A stretch of 63,638 nt of DNA, filler included, from Dicyema japonicum (lineage: Eukaryota; Animalia; Dicyemida), in the NCBI GenBank assembly GCA_011109175.1. It is 12 parts of 12 records of this genome, joined end to end, with 100 filler letters (N's around TTAATTAATTAA, not from the genome) between each part and the next. Parts side by side here need not be neighbours in the genome. Positions count along the whole stretch, not along the records: positions 35,257 to 39,250 come from RDEW01000231.1; positions 39,351 to 43,589 come from RDEW01000178.1; positions 43,690 to 54,281 come from RDEW01000112.1; 9 more parts are not named here. The stretch is one strand, 5' to 3'. The notes under the pieces are model-generated. The model was not told where the DNA came from. It was given only the letters and a program-made list of their open reading frames with translations, and ran no database searches. Shown here piece by piece: positions 36,292 to 47,509 of this stretch (within the stretch, counting starts at the first letter, position 1; every line of letters begins with the position of its first letter). The translations under genes and the position numbers were made by a program.

Positions 36292-38439
36292 TTGGTCCAA
36301 CTGCGGAGGAGTTCCTCTACGGGTAGAAGATGCTTCTTCCAAACACATCGTGGTGGAGATTCCACGCGATCAAGAAGGTATATGACTGAACTCTTGAGCT
36401 CTTCACCAAAAGTACAAGCAGACTATAAAGAATGTGTATCGGATTCAATTAATAATACGGCATCGGATCTTTCACCAGGAAAGGCATGGCTCGAAACAAG
36501 GAGAGGGATCATTTCCGCTGCTGACAAACATTTGGGGGAACTTAAACCCCATAGCAGTCAGCGTCACCCGGAAGTGTCAGCCCTATTGAATTTGCAGAAG
36601 AACTTAAGGCTTAGATCCGAAAATACTGTCGATCCTCAGACTGTTTGCAAACTGAAACAAGAACGAAGGCAAATTGAGAGAAAAATCAAACTCCTAAACA
36701 GACTACATCACACTAGTCAGTTGGAAAGCAAGATCAGAGAGGTAGAAAACCTTAAAGACAATGCTGCGACATTCATGGCTATACGACTAATACGGAGGAA
36801 GAGCCAATCAGTGAAACTTATTTTGCATGACAGAAATGGAAAAACAATAGGAAATGTTGCAGAACAGACAGAGTTCATAGCATCGCATATTGAACAACTG
36901 TTCTTTGTAAAAGGAGAAAAATCAGATTTCACGCCTAAGAACACAACACTTGAACGGATCATTTCACCGGAGGAGGTTTGCATGGCGATAAGGAAACTTA
37001 AATCTGGGCGCTCTCCAGGACCAGATAATATACCATCTGAATTGCTAAAATTTGGCCCTCCAGAACTTGCAGATAAACTCTCAAAATTGCTGAATGACAT
37101 GATAGAAAACAAGGACTTTTCAGAAATTGGAAAGGGGATACTAGTACCAGTTCAAAAAGGTAATAAACCCCCTGGGCCAGTTGAAAACCTGCGCCCTGTC
37201 ATCCTTCTAAACACCTTAAGGAAGATCCTTGCCCTAATTACTCTTAATCGGATCCAAGAGCCGGTGGACGGGTACTTGGCCCAGAGCCAGAGTGGTTTTA
37301 GGACAGGGAGATCAACGGCTGATGTAGTATGGTGCCATAGATGGCAATGTGCTATTCAACAAAGATTCCGGAGCTCAAAGACTATCCTTGGAATTGATCT
37401 GACCAGAGCTTTCGACACTGTCCGTCGGGGAAAACTCATTGAAGTGCTTGAAAGTTTCCTGGATAAGGACTCGGTTATTCTGATACGGATACTCTTATCA
37501 AACACGAGGTTACGAGTGCGTATTGGAAAATGTTTGTCACGGGAAATTATTTCAACAGTGGGCACACCCCAAGGAGATTCCCTTTCCCCAGTATTGTTTG
37601 CTATATACCTTGAATCGGCTCTGCAAGACCTCCGGAAGTATTACAACAATGATATTATGGAGATCGTGTATGCCGATGATGTTGACTTTATCTCGACTGA
37701 CAAAGAAGCACTCTTACGTCTCTTGGAGGTTGCATCAGGCTGTTTGGCCAAATGGTGTCTATCACTGAATGTTCAGAAAACGGATATTGTTGAAATTAAG
37801 CGGATGGAACTACGCAATAGTGAATGTTGGAGGAAGACCGTAAAGCTTGGCTCTCTTCTCGGAGACTCCGAAGACATTGCAAGAAGAAAATTGTTATCTA
37901 CGGTTACTATGCAAAAACTTATGAAATGTTGGATAAGAAAATGCTCGGTCGGGCCATCACTCCGACTCAGGTTGTATGAGGCGTTCGTGAGGCCCATACT
38001 AACATACAACTCTGGGACGTGGGGAATTTCGAAAACGGACGAACAAAACCTTGACTCCTTTCACAGAAGGCAACTTCGGTCTCTCTTGGGACTAAAGTGG
38101 CCAATGCGTGTAGGGAGTGAAAATTTATATAGAAGATGCGGTTCCGGACCTCTGAGCACCATGATCATGAAGGCTCGCTGGAGATTGTTTGGCCATATTC
38201 TCAGATTGGAACAAGACACGCCAGCAAACGTCGTCATGGAAGAATACTTCGATACGTCAGGGGAGAAGTTCAGAGGTCGTCCAAGAATAACTCTTCCGGA
38301 AGTCCTTAATGGTGACCTGAGATCAGTAACCAGACTACTAAAGGACGGTGAAGACCTTAGTAGTCTGCGGCACTTGGCATCGGACAGGAGGGGATGGGAA
38401 AGGCTAATTAAGAGGATTGTTCAGACGCGGCACGAATAG
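36292..38439 (+). CDS. RTE reverse transcriptase region (715-codon uninterrupted ORF)
   Basis: SPGPDNIPSELLK, NLRPVILLN, QSGFR, IDLTRAFD, GTPQGDSLSP, YADD, WRLFGHILR, GRPRITL. Confidence 0.95.
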   Translation: MVQLRRSSSTGRRCFFQTHRGGDSTRSRRYMTELLSSSPKVQADYKECVSDSINNTASDLSPGKAWLETRRGIISAADKHLGELKPHSSQRHPEVSALLNLQKNLRLRSENTVDPQTVCKLKQERRQIERKIKLLNRLHHTSQLESKIREVENLKDNAATFMAIRLIRRKSQSVKLILHDRNGKTIGNVAEQTEFIASHIEQLFFVKGEKSDFTPKNTTLERIISPEEVCMAIRKLKSGRSPGPDNIPSELLKFGPPELADKLSKLLNDMIENKDFSEIGKGILVPVQKGNKPPGPVENLRPVILLNTLRKILALITLNRIQEPVDGYLAQSQSGFRTGRSTADVVWCHRWQCAIQQRFRSSKTILGIDLTRAFDTVRRGKLIEVLESFLDKDSVILIRILLSNTRLRVRIGKCLSREIISTVGTPQGDSLSPVLFAIYLESALQDLRKYYNNDIMEIVYADDVDFISTDKEALLRLLEVASGCLAKWCLSLNVQKTDIVEIKRMELRNSECWRKTVKLGSLLGDSEDIARRKLLSTVTMQKLMKCWIRKCSVGPSLRLRLYEAFVRPILTYNSGTWGISKTDEQNLDSFHRRQLRSLLGLKWPMRVGSENLYRRCGSGPLSTMIMKARWRLFGHILRLEQDTPANVVMEEYFDTSGEKFRGRPRITLPEVLNGDLRSVTRLLKDGEDLSSLRHLASDRRGWERLIKRIVQTRHE

Positions 38440-38562
38440 AATTATAGTTTATATGATTCTATGTAGTTGCTTATAATAATAATAATAATTGTAAATAAAA
38501 GTTCAAGATTCTTCATGCTTTGTGGTACTGATATTTTATCATTTTTATTGAATTTCCCATGT

Positions 38563-39250
38563 TTTTGTAGAACCAATCGACTTTAGGCAAACCTCCTCTC
38601 ACCCAACGGGATACATCCAGTGGATTTGCGCCTTGTTTCAATGCATGGATCAAATCACATCTTCAAGAAATACCACGTTTTTTAACACTGTGATCCCCTC
38701 CGCGACAAATGTAATGGCGGATATAATAAAATACAACCATCTTAGGAAAAATGATTATATTTTATTGTTTTTTCTAATTATTTGGATTATAATCAGAATT
38801 AGGATGATTTATTATCTCAAGGTTGGTCCCCTAATCATTTAGTCGTTTCTGATTCGACAGTTTCCGTTGATAACACCAATTGCCGCCGGAAGAATTGCCC
38901 AGAACATCGTCCAGTCAACTGCTTACCTGGTCCTTTCATTTGCTCCTCCTACAGCGTCCTTGTGCTCCGCCGTTACTACTTTACTAACCCAGTTATGTGT
39001 TTAAAGGGTCTATTCACTGATCACGGTAGAATATAGCATCAATGACGTCATTCCGGTGATATCTACCTCAATTACGTCGTCCAGCTGTCCGTTAGCATTA
39101 GGGGAGGTTACATGACGTTGTATGTGGACGATAGGAGGTCCGACTTTCACCTTCTTGTACTCCACCACATTGTGACGATTTTCCTTTTGGGTTTATCGTA
39201 TACTATAGGGTATTTGAGGGGGTTTATACAGGTTTTACCGCATCGTAGTA
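38563..39250 (+). pseudogene. Ceramide synthase (CerS1-like, TLC domain), 5' part, with two frameshifts; cut by contig end
   Basis: DIYLNYVVQLS..YMTLYVDDRRSDFHLLVLHHIVTIFLLGLSY resembles CerS1 DIAAAYLLQGS..YATLYMDTWRKD..LHHVVTL. Introns at 38822-38842 (21 nt), 39008-39029 (22 nt) and 39210-39231 (22 nt). Confidence 0.75.
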
Positions 39251-40659
39251 NNNNNNNNNNNNNNNNNNNNNNNNNNNNNNNNNNNNNNNNNNNNTTAATT
39301 AATTAANNNNNNNNNNNNNNNNNNNNNNNNNNNNNNNNNNNNNNNNNNNNAAAAGAACCAGAAGTCAAGAACATTGTCGATGTATGTTCTTTATTTCATA
39401 AATGAAGTGTCTCCCTCTTTGGAGGAGTTATTGCTAATATGGCTCTTCGTAAAGTGCAGTATTATTATATGAACCCGAATCAGATAGAAATGTGCGGATG
39501 TTCACTTATAGCAGATTATACTTGTGTTCTTTTGTTTTTGATTTTTTTAACAAAATAAATTAAAAAAATATATATAAAAATTAAATAAAAAAATATAAAA
39601 ATTAAATAAATTGGATTTGTATTTTTAATAGTTGGAATTCATAAACTCCTCTGGATCTTTAATTCGTAAAACAGTGAGATCTCACATCAACAAAGCTTAC
39701 AGGAGAACAAAACCCATGGAGGTGACCTTACANTCACTTATAGCAGATCATACTTGTGTTCCTTTGTTTTTGATTTTTTTAACAAAATAAATTAAAAAAA
39801 TATATATAAAAATTAAATAAAAAAATATAAAAATTAAATAAATTGGATTTGTATTGTTAATAGTTGGAATTCATAAACTCCTCTGGATCTTTAATTCGTA
39901 AAACAGTGAGATCTCACATCAACAAAGCTTACAGGAGAACAAAACCCATGGAGGTGATCTTACATTCGGAACAAGTCGAGAGAATCTGGTATGACAAGGT
40001 GAGGGTGGGTAACTTTAGGTTTGACGTACTCAAGTTTTAACCTGTTTGGTCACACGAACTTCCGTTGAATTTATAANNNNNNNNNNNNNNNNNNNNNNNN
40101 NNNNNNNNNNNNNNNNNNNNNNNNNNNNNNNNNNNNNNNNNNNNNNNNNNNNNNNNNNNNNNNNNNNNNNNNNNNNNNNNNNNNNNNNNNNNNNNNNNNN
40201 NNNNNNNNNNNNNNNNNNNNNNNNNNNNNNNNNNNNNNNNNNNNNNNNNNNNNNNNNNNNNNNNNNNNNNNNNNNNNNNNNNNNNNNNNNNNNNNAGGAA
40301 ATTAATGATAAATGGAATTCTCACAAAAACTACGCACGTGAATAAAATTAGATTTACACCGGCATTGACTATTACAGAGGAGCAATTATTGGAAGCTATT
40401 TTAATCATCAAAGAAACGATAGAAAGCATTTAATGACAATAAAACTAATTTTAATTTAAAAAGTTAACACTAAATTTTATTAAATTATAAAATTTTATTT
40501 AAATAAAATAAATAACATTAAATAACACCAAAAAGTCAAATTTATTAAGTGATCCCAGTATCTAGAAAAAGATTGTCCACAATAATAGGATACTAGGCTT
40601 TCTTGACTAAAAGCAACGTCTGATGATATCGGATCTTACTGCCTAATCTGATAGAGTCA

Positions 40660-40960
40660 TTAACAAAGGTCAATTCTAGTAAACCGGAGTCCTTCTGGTA
40701 CGACACAGTTGTTGAAAAGGACCTTCATACCTTCTCTCTGACCAACTCCATTGGTGAAGGTTACCATTATGAAAATTCTTATGCCTAAAAATGAGGTGAT
40801 GTCTGCGAAGTAGGACTTGTGATAAAAATAGCAGAGGACGGACCTACTTGCTACCTCTTTCTGAAGATAAGGCCTGTAATGGACCATTTGGAAAATGAAT
40901 TTGGTCGGTACAGGCAGATGTTCTAACTTGGGTTTCTTCCTTGGATTAATTGTAGGTGTA
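40660..40960 (-). other. Unidentified coding-like repeat, copy A
   Basis: Homologous to 55380-55640 (+): INPRK.P....L.VPTK.I...VHYR, SRS.L..F..KSY, RE..K..FNNC.V. Confidence 0.6.
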
Positions 40961-41399
40961 GCTGTAAAAATGGATTGTCACATCATTAATCGTGGTCTTA
41001 GGTTTTTTGTATATTGTTGTCTGTAAGACGTAAAGAGGGTTACAAATAATTTTTCAGGTGACATTTCCAGGAGTAATCTTTCCATCATTAAATTAATGAA
41101 TTGAGCATTAGAAGCTAGTTAAATGCACTCCCGCCTTACCCATAAACACATTATTACTTAGGGTTCCGCCTATGGCGCTTGCAAGATGCGAGAGCGAAAG
41201 TGTATCAGGGTGTATGTTACATAAATTACTGGCTAACACTACTACTATCCGACAGCCGTCACTATTGAATGGGGTTTGCAGTTCATCTATCATCAGGGTG
41301 TATGTTACATAAATTACTGGCTAACACTACTACTATCCGACAGCCGTCACTATTGAATGGGGTTTGCAGTTCATCTATCAATCATGAATCGGCTATTTA

Positions 41400-43000
41400 A
41401 GGTATGGAGAGTTACAGAATCGCTAGATCTCGAAGGCCTCAATCAAATTTCTCATTTTCTCCAGTGCGCCTTCTAGGACCCAACGCAACTTCACTGTGTG
41501 CAAAATGATTTGGGGAATAGAAATTGGAGAGATGTGATGTGCACCCTTCTCATAAGACACGTCCTGGATATGTACTGTGGGAGTTGCACTGCCTGCACAG
41601 GAAACCAAATCCAATTTGTCGGATAAGGTCTTCAAGTAATGATGGGAATAGTTTTTCTAGTTTCCCGAGATTACTAATAGTAATGACTGCCAAGGACTGA
41701 ATGACGCTGATTTTTTGTTCGTTCGTCGAGGACAGATTGATTCCCCATGACGTACAGGCATAGCCACAGAAAGCTCAATAAATTGTTTGTAGAATAATTT
41801 CAATGCTGAAAAAGGGTTTTCAATGCCACCNTGAATGACGCTGATTTTTTGTTCGTTCGTCGAGGACAGATTGATTCCCCATGACGTACAGGCATAGCCA
41901 CAGAAAGCTCAATGAATTGTTTGTAGAATAATTTCAATGCTGAAAAAGGGGTCTTAATGCCAACAAAAATACATTTGATTATCCCTAGCTTTCTTGACCA
42001 GCTTCCGGAGATGCTTTCTACGTGAGAAGAATAGGACATGTTTTTGTCGAAGGTAATCCCTAAGATTTTCAATTTCTTCGTGAAAGTTATTTTTGTCTGG
42101 TTGATGAATATTCATATAAGGTGGAAATACTTTATAGGGCGTGGAAATACTTCCAGCTAGTAAATTAGCGAAAGATGACATAGCTTGTTAATGCATCTCT
42201 TCTATATGTCTACAATTGTAGATTTCGTATTTACTGCAATTTAATTCCAGTCGAGCTTCTGACGGCTGAAATTATCACCTCCAAATCCTAAAGAGTATCT
42301 TGTGTGACGAGTGGAATAGAATGTCTGAAAACAATCCTAACAGCCAGCCTCCTGGAGATAATCTTAACCACAACCGGTCGTACTCATTCGCCCTTCTTAA
42401 TGAAGGCTATCAAGTTGGTGGAGAACAGGACATGGCGGACAACTTCGGGAAGTACTCCAGACATAATAAGTAGGTAATTGAATTCTTAGGACGAAGTTCC
42501 TGGTCTCATTCTGACAAAAATGTTAGATCTTTCAGATGGCCAGGTCTCATTCGGTCTGGCACGCAACTGTTTCCGTATTGCGAGAAGAACCTCATCGTTG
42601 ATGCATTCATGGGGACTCAATTCGGCTGGAGGAGCAATTGGGAGTTGGTTGTTGGGTGGCAGAGAGTGCTTGTTCAGCAAAATGTTGTAGACTCCGGGAG
42701 TCGGTTTTAGAGATTCACTTATGGAAAGTACCCTGATGGCTGCGCGGGTACCACCTTCGATTGACTGCGAAAAAACAGTTCTCTTGAGACGGAACACTTT
42801 CACTTCCTTGTTCTGACTATGTGTCTCCCGCGTATGGTTAGTAGATATGGGGCAACTGGGGATATGAGTTCCTCCCATAAAAGAACGAATGTTGGTCCTC
42901 ATGGCGGCAGCGAAAGGCTCCTCTTCGTGACCATCTCGATCAAATCTTAGTGCGGAAGGCGCAAAATTGTTTCTGGATCCGTGGCTGATGGACAATTAAC
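41400..43000 (-). mobile_element. Decayed Ingi/Vingi-like non-LTR element with deletions
   Basis: KILGITFDKNMSYSSHVESI..RKLGIIK..LFYKQFIE thumb, APE-RT linker (ORF 42486-42995) and a C-terminal Cys/His remnant. Confidence 0.65.
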
Positions 43001-43269
43001 AGGAGAGTTAACAGTGGCAAGGGTACGGGGAACTTCCCTGCATAAGACGAGGCATGACTCGGAAGATACTGAGGAATGATACTCGGTGGATTTAGTGAGT
43101 TGATGCTCAGTAGATTTCAGGGATAGGCATTATGCACACCAATACAATTTTATTCACCACGAACCACACAGCATCACGTTTTTTCACGTATCACGGAAAA
43201 TAACCATAATTTTGATTACTTGGGATAATTCCCTCGTTTCCAGGTTTAAACTCCGGAGAGTTCATCGTT

Positions 43270-43589
43270 CCTGACGATTAAGATCCACAGCGAGTACCTT
43301 CTGTCTTAGATTCATATATGTCTTCAAAAGCATCCTCAAAGTCATGCTCTTACCAACCCCTGCATTTCCACTGATAAATACAGAGTGACAGACCTCCAGC
43401 AGTTCCACCAATTGGACGACCTACAATTTATGACAAAATGAACTTTTAATATAATGTTTTCCTCAGGTTGTAATTTCAGGTCAGGATGTAGCCTTTCGGA
43501 TGTTTGCACAAATTCTAAATTCCGTTTTCTGTGGACATCAATAGAAGTGAAGAAATCTCTAATCAGTCCAATAAAGATGGGAAAATCAT
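43270..43589 (-). pseudogene. Axonemal outer-arm beta-type dynein heavy chain (DNAH9/11/17-like) AAA2 fragment
   Basis: DFPIFIGLIRDFF..DV.RKR..DLKLQPEENIILK|[34 protein letters not shown]; 23-nt intron at 43421-43443; frameshift after DLN. Confidence 0.85.
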
Positions 43590-43769
43590 NNNNNNNNNNN
43601 NNNNNNNNNNNNNNNNNNNNNNNNNNNNNNNNNTTAATTAATTAANNNNNNNNNNNNNNNNNNNNNNNNNNNNNNNNNNNNNNNNNNNNCCCACGTAAGC
43701 ATGAAAAAATAACTATTTAAGATAGAAAATGTTGTAATAATTAAATAAAAATCAAATAAATGAATTTCC

Positions 43770-45690
43770 CATCGTCCAGCCGATAAGGCTGCTCTATCTG
43801 ACTCTCGTCATACGGGGGGTCCCGGGTTAGAGTGATCATAAAATGGTTGTTGGACGCTTCAAACCTCAAGAGACGCCTTGTGTTTCCCGAAACGCGAAGA
43901 CTCCCACTCGCTACTAGACAAGATACCTTACGGAAAAACTTGTACTCACCTCAGTCTCGGGCAAATTACCAACACTCAATGGATAACTACCTCTCCTCCG
44001 TGCAACTGGACTCTCCCAAATGACACATGGGAGCTCATGCTGAAGGCATCCATACTGCTGCTGACAAACACATCGAAAGCAGACAAATAAATCCCAGCCG
44101 GGAAAGTCATGCCATCCAGACGTGTATGCACTTGCCGCTGAGCAAAAGGATCTTAAACTCAGAATCGAAAATAAGACGACCGTAGTAACAAATCTGCACT
44201 GAAGAACGAACGTGCCAGAATACAACGACGCATAAAGAAATTGAACCGCAGCACGGTCTGGACACCATGGAGTCTTTTGTAAGGGAAATCGAAAACTCAA
44301 GGACGGCGCACAAATGTTCCAGGCTATGCGACTACTTAAAAGAAGAAAACACATAAACTCAAAATCATCGATGGCACGGGAAAAATTATTCGTGACCCCA
44401 CTGTTCAAGCCGAACTAATAGCTATCATTTCGAAATCAACAAATTTTTTACTGGCACAGCCATACACCTCGACAGGCCATCACAGTGGAGGAGGTCGCCC
44501 GGCTGCTAGCAAACTCAAGAACTGTCGGCCGCTGGACCAGACCACATCAATGCAGAGCTGATTAAGTATGGTCCCAAGTCGCTTATGGACAAAATTGCGA
44601 CCATATTCAACGACATGTTCACCACACACGACCCACTCCCGCTAGGGGCAGGCACCCTCATCCCTATACAACAGCCAACAAAATCTCCGGCCCGGTGGAA
44701 AATTTCCGCCCTGTCATACTTCTGAATACCCTGAGGAAACTCCTCTCGCTTGTTGTATTGAGTCGCATAAACGCGAGAGTTAATGAATATCTGGCGCCGA
44801 GTCAGAGCGGATTCAGGGCGGGAAGAGTCACAGATGGCGATGCGCTATCCAACGAAATTCAAAAGAGCCACGACCATCCTTGGAATCGACATGTCGAAAG
44901 CTTTTGACTGTGCCCGCGGGATTTACTCATCGTCCTACAGAGTTTCCTGAGGACGAAGTCAGAATGAATACGAGTACTGCTTGCTGGACAGAATTATCTG
45001 TTCGTGTTGGATCGTCTCTCTCAAGACGGTTCGAACGAATGTCGCTTTCAGACAACAAAGATGCTCTACTCAATCTTTTAAATAACACTCCAAGGATACT
45101 TAATAAGTGGTTCCTCATAATCAACACTTCTAAAAACCGAACTCACTGAGATTATAACGCATGGACACCAAAGTTGGTGAAACTTGGAGGAATGTGAAGA
45201 AACTCGGCTCTCTGCTCGGAGACAGTGAAGACATTACTTACCGAAAGATGCTGGCTACCGCGGCACTGGCAGAATACGCAATACATAACTCCAAACCTGG
45301 CCTGTAAATCGCCAACTCAGTTCAAAGCTTTACAGCGCCTTTGTGAAACCTGTTCTACTTTGTAATTCCTCGACATGGGGAATCTCGGATACTAAACTGA
45401 AAACTATAGATCTTCCTTCCCCCGCAAGCAGCTGCGCCTTCTACATGGACTTCACTGGCCATCTAAAATCAATAATCAGTCACTCTACAAACACTACAAA
45501 CGCTACACCGCTGAAATTGTGGCCATTACGCTAATCGGGCACATCACGTGAATCTCGCAATGAATACTTCATGGAATATGGCGAAAAATATCGTGGACGA
45601 CCGAGATCTACTCTCCGGGGAGTTTTGGGAAAGGATCTCAGCTCCGTTGGTAAGAAATTACAAAACGAAGACGACCTGGATTCCCTACGG
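43770..45690 (+). mobile_element. Decayed RTE-clade element
   Basis: ENFRPVILLNTLRKLLSL..QSGFRAG, KLGSLLGD, YSAFVKPVL, GRPRSTL; truncated by a hAT end. Confidence 0.85.
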
Positions 45691-47231
45691 CAGGGGTGGC
45701 CAACCAGTCGATCGCGATCGACTGGTCGATCTCGCGCATTTCTTTGGTCGATCGCCTTCGAATAATTTTTTATTTATTCGCATTTTTGATCGCGGTGCAT
45801 TTCTTGGTCGATCGATCGCCTTCGATGTTATAAATTGCTAATTATATTTTTGTATTTAGAAAGATTTTTTGACGTTTTAGCCAAGAAAATTAAATAGAAA
45901 TTATAAATCTAAAAAATGACCTCATTTTAAAATCGCGGCAACGCACACTGCGTCCTTGCCGCTGGGCATCCAATTAATTCACGTTTTTCTTTTATTTGTT
46001 TCATCTTTTAAAAATCATATTCAAATTGTCAACATGTGGAGATTTATGTCTCTAGAACAGCGATTCCCAACCGGGGTGCCGCGCACTTTTGGTGCCGCGA
46101 GATCTGGCTTAGGTGCCGCGAGATTTTTAATATTTAAAATTAAAAATTACAGTCTAACTCCGGGGTGGGGCACCAAAGTGCCCCAAAAAGCTGGGGTGCC
46201 CTTCCAAACCGGGGTCTGGTTCAAACTACAGTAAACTCTATTAATTTGCCAATTTTCAGATTTGCCAATTTTAAAGAAATTTAGTGGCAATCTGCAATTC
46301 CGAAATGTGCACTATTTTTAAAGTCTTTAGAAAAAATTATCTATCTTACTTGATTATTATAAAAAGAAACATGTCGGTATATGAATTATATAAACATTTG
46401 AACTTAAGTTTTGCTTTTTTGCTCTATAGTTTTGATAGATTCCATCTATGTTTTTATATTTGATTTTGATTAATTAATAAATCATTTTTTAAGCATTTTT
46501 TTAAATAATCAGTCAATTTCAAATTTTTATTATTTCTTAAATATTTTCCAAGTTGAAATCTAAACTCATAATAATTTTTGGAGTGTCTCCAGAGATGTAT
46601 TTTGCGCTACATTTCTAACTTATCCATTATTTCATACGTTTTCTGATATCGTTGTTCTGTCCTCTGTGTCAATTCCATTATAAAATTCGCGACTCTTGAC
46701 TAGATCTTCGTTTTCTTCAGATATTACTTCAGTTATTATTTCTTCAAGGACTTTTTCCTGGAATTTTTTTCACCACAAATGGTTTTAAAGGTATGTTTGT
46801 CGCAAATTCGTCTCCGTCTGGAAATTTTGTGTACACATAAACAATCGCAAGTGTCTTATTAGTTATCATAATTACTTTTGTAATTAAAAAGCATTTCTAA
46901 CTAATATGTGCCGCGAGAAAAAAAAACCTGGTTTTAGGTGCCGCGAAGCACAAAAAGGTTGGAAACGCTGCTCTAGAAAAATATCCAATTTTGATTGATT
47001 TGTATCAACGAATTCTTTCATGCTTTGGAAGCACATATTTATTCTGAAAATCATTTTCAAGAATGAAATGATAAAATTTCAATACAGGACCCGTTTAACG
47101 GATGAAAATCTTGGGATTGCATGAGAATAGCAATAAGCTCATACGAGCCAGAATCTAAATAATCGCAAGATAATTACAATGCCAAAAATCCATTAACTTT
47201 TAATTATAAATAAAAATTTTGTTTATTAAAA
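45691..47231 (+). mobile_element. Non-autonomous hAT (Charlie/Buster) with transposase C-terminus
   Basis: Left TIR CAGGGGTGGCCAACC with GTCGATCGC subterminal repeats; MWRFMSLE|KYPIL..FGSTYL..FSRMK..YRTRLTDENL..QKSH. Confidence 0.75.
46058..46970. mobile_element. hAT MITE-like element (913 bp) with perfect 8-bp TSD
   Basis: TIRs CAGCGATTCCCAACC / GGTTGGAAACGCTG, TSD CTCTAGAA on both sides, GGTGCCGCG subterminal repeats. Confidence 0.92.
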
Positions 47232-47509
47232 NNNNNNNNNNNNNNNNNNNNNNNNNNNNNNNNNNNNNNNNNNNNNNNNNNNNNNNNNNNNNNNNNNNNN
47301 NNNNNNNNNNNNNNNNNNNNNNNNNNNNNNNNNNNNNNNNNNNNNNNNNNNNNNNNNNNNNNNNNNNNNNNNNNNNNNNNNNNNNNNNNNNNNNNNNNNN
47401 NNNNNNNNNNNNNNNNNNNNNNNNNNNNNNNNNNNNNNNNNNNNNNNNNNNNNNNNNNNNNNNNNNNNNNNNNNNNNNNNNNNNNNNNNNNNNNNNNNNN
47501 NNNNNNNNN

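Larger units (their letters stand above)
35257..38489 (+). mobile_element. Near full-length RTE-clade non-LTR retrotransposon
   Basis: 5' motif; ATG at 35292; APE motifs (LQETK, VNVYAPH, IAGDWNAK, NQIDYIL) disrupted; RT follows; (TAA)n tail at 38472-38489. Confidence 0.95.

Noticed and set aside
39008-39029. TATTCACTGAT.ACGG match between the SINE body and the sequence at 39 kb
   Set aside because: The 39-kb sequence is explained as a 22-nt CerS intron; the short match is likely chance.
43330-43400. GNAGVGKS Walker A first read as a PIF1/Helitron helicase
   Set aside because: The spliced upstream exon and flanking residues match axonemal dynein AAA2 far better.
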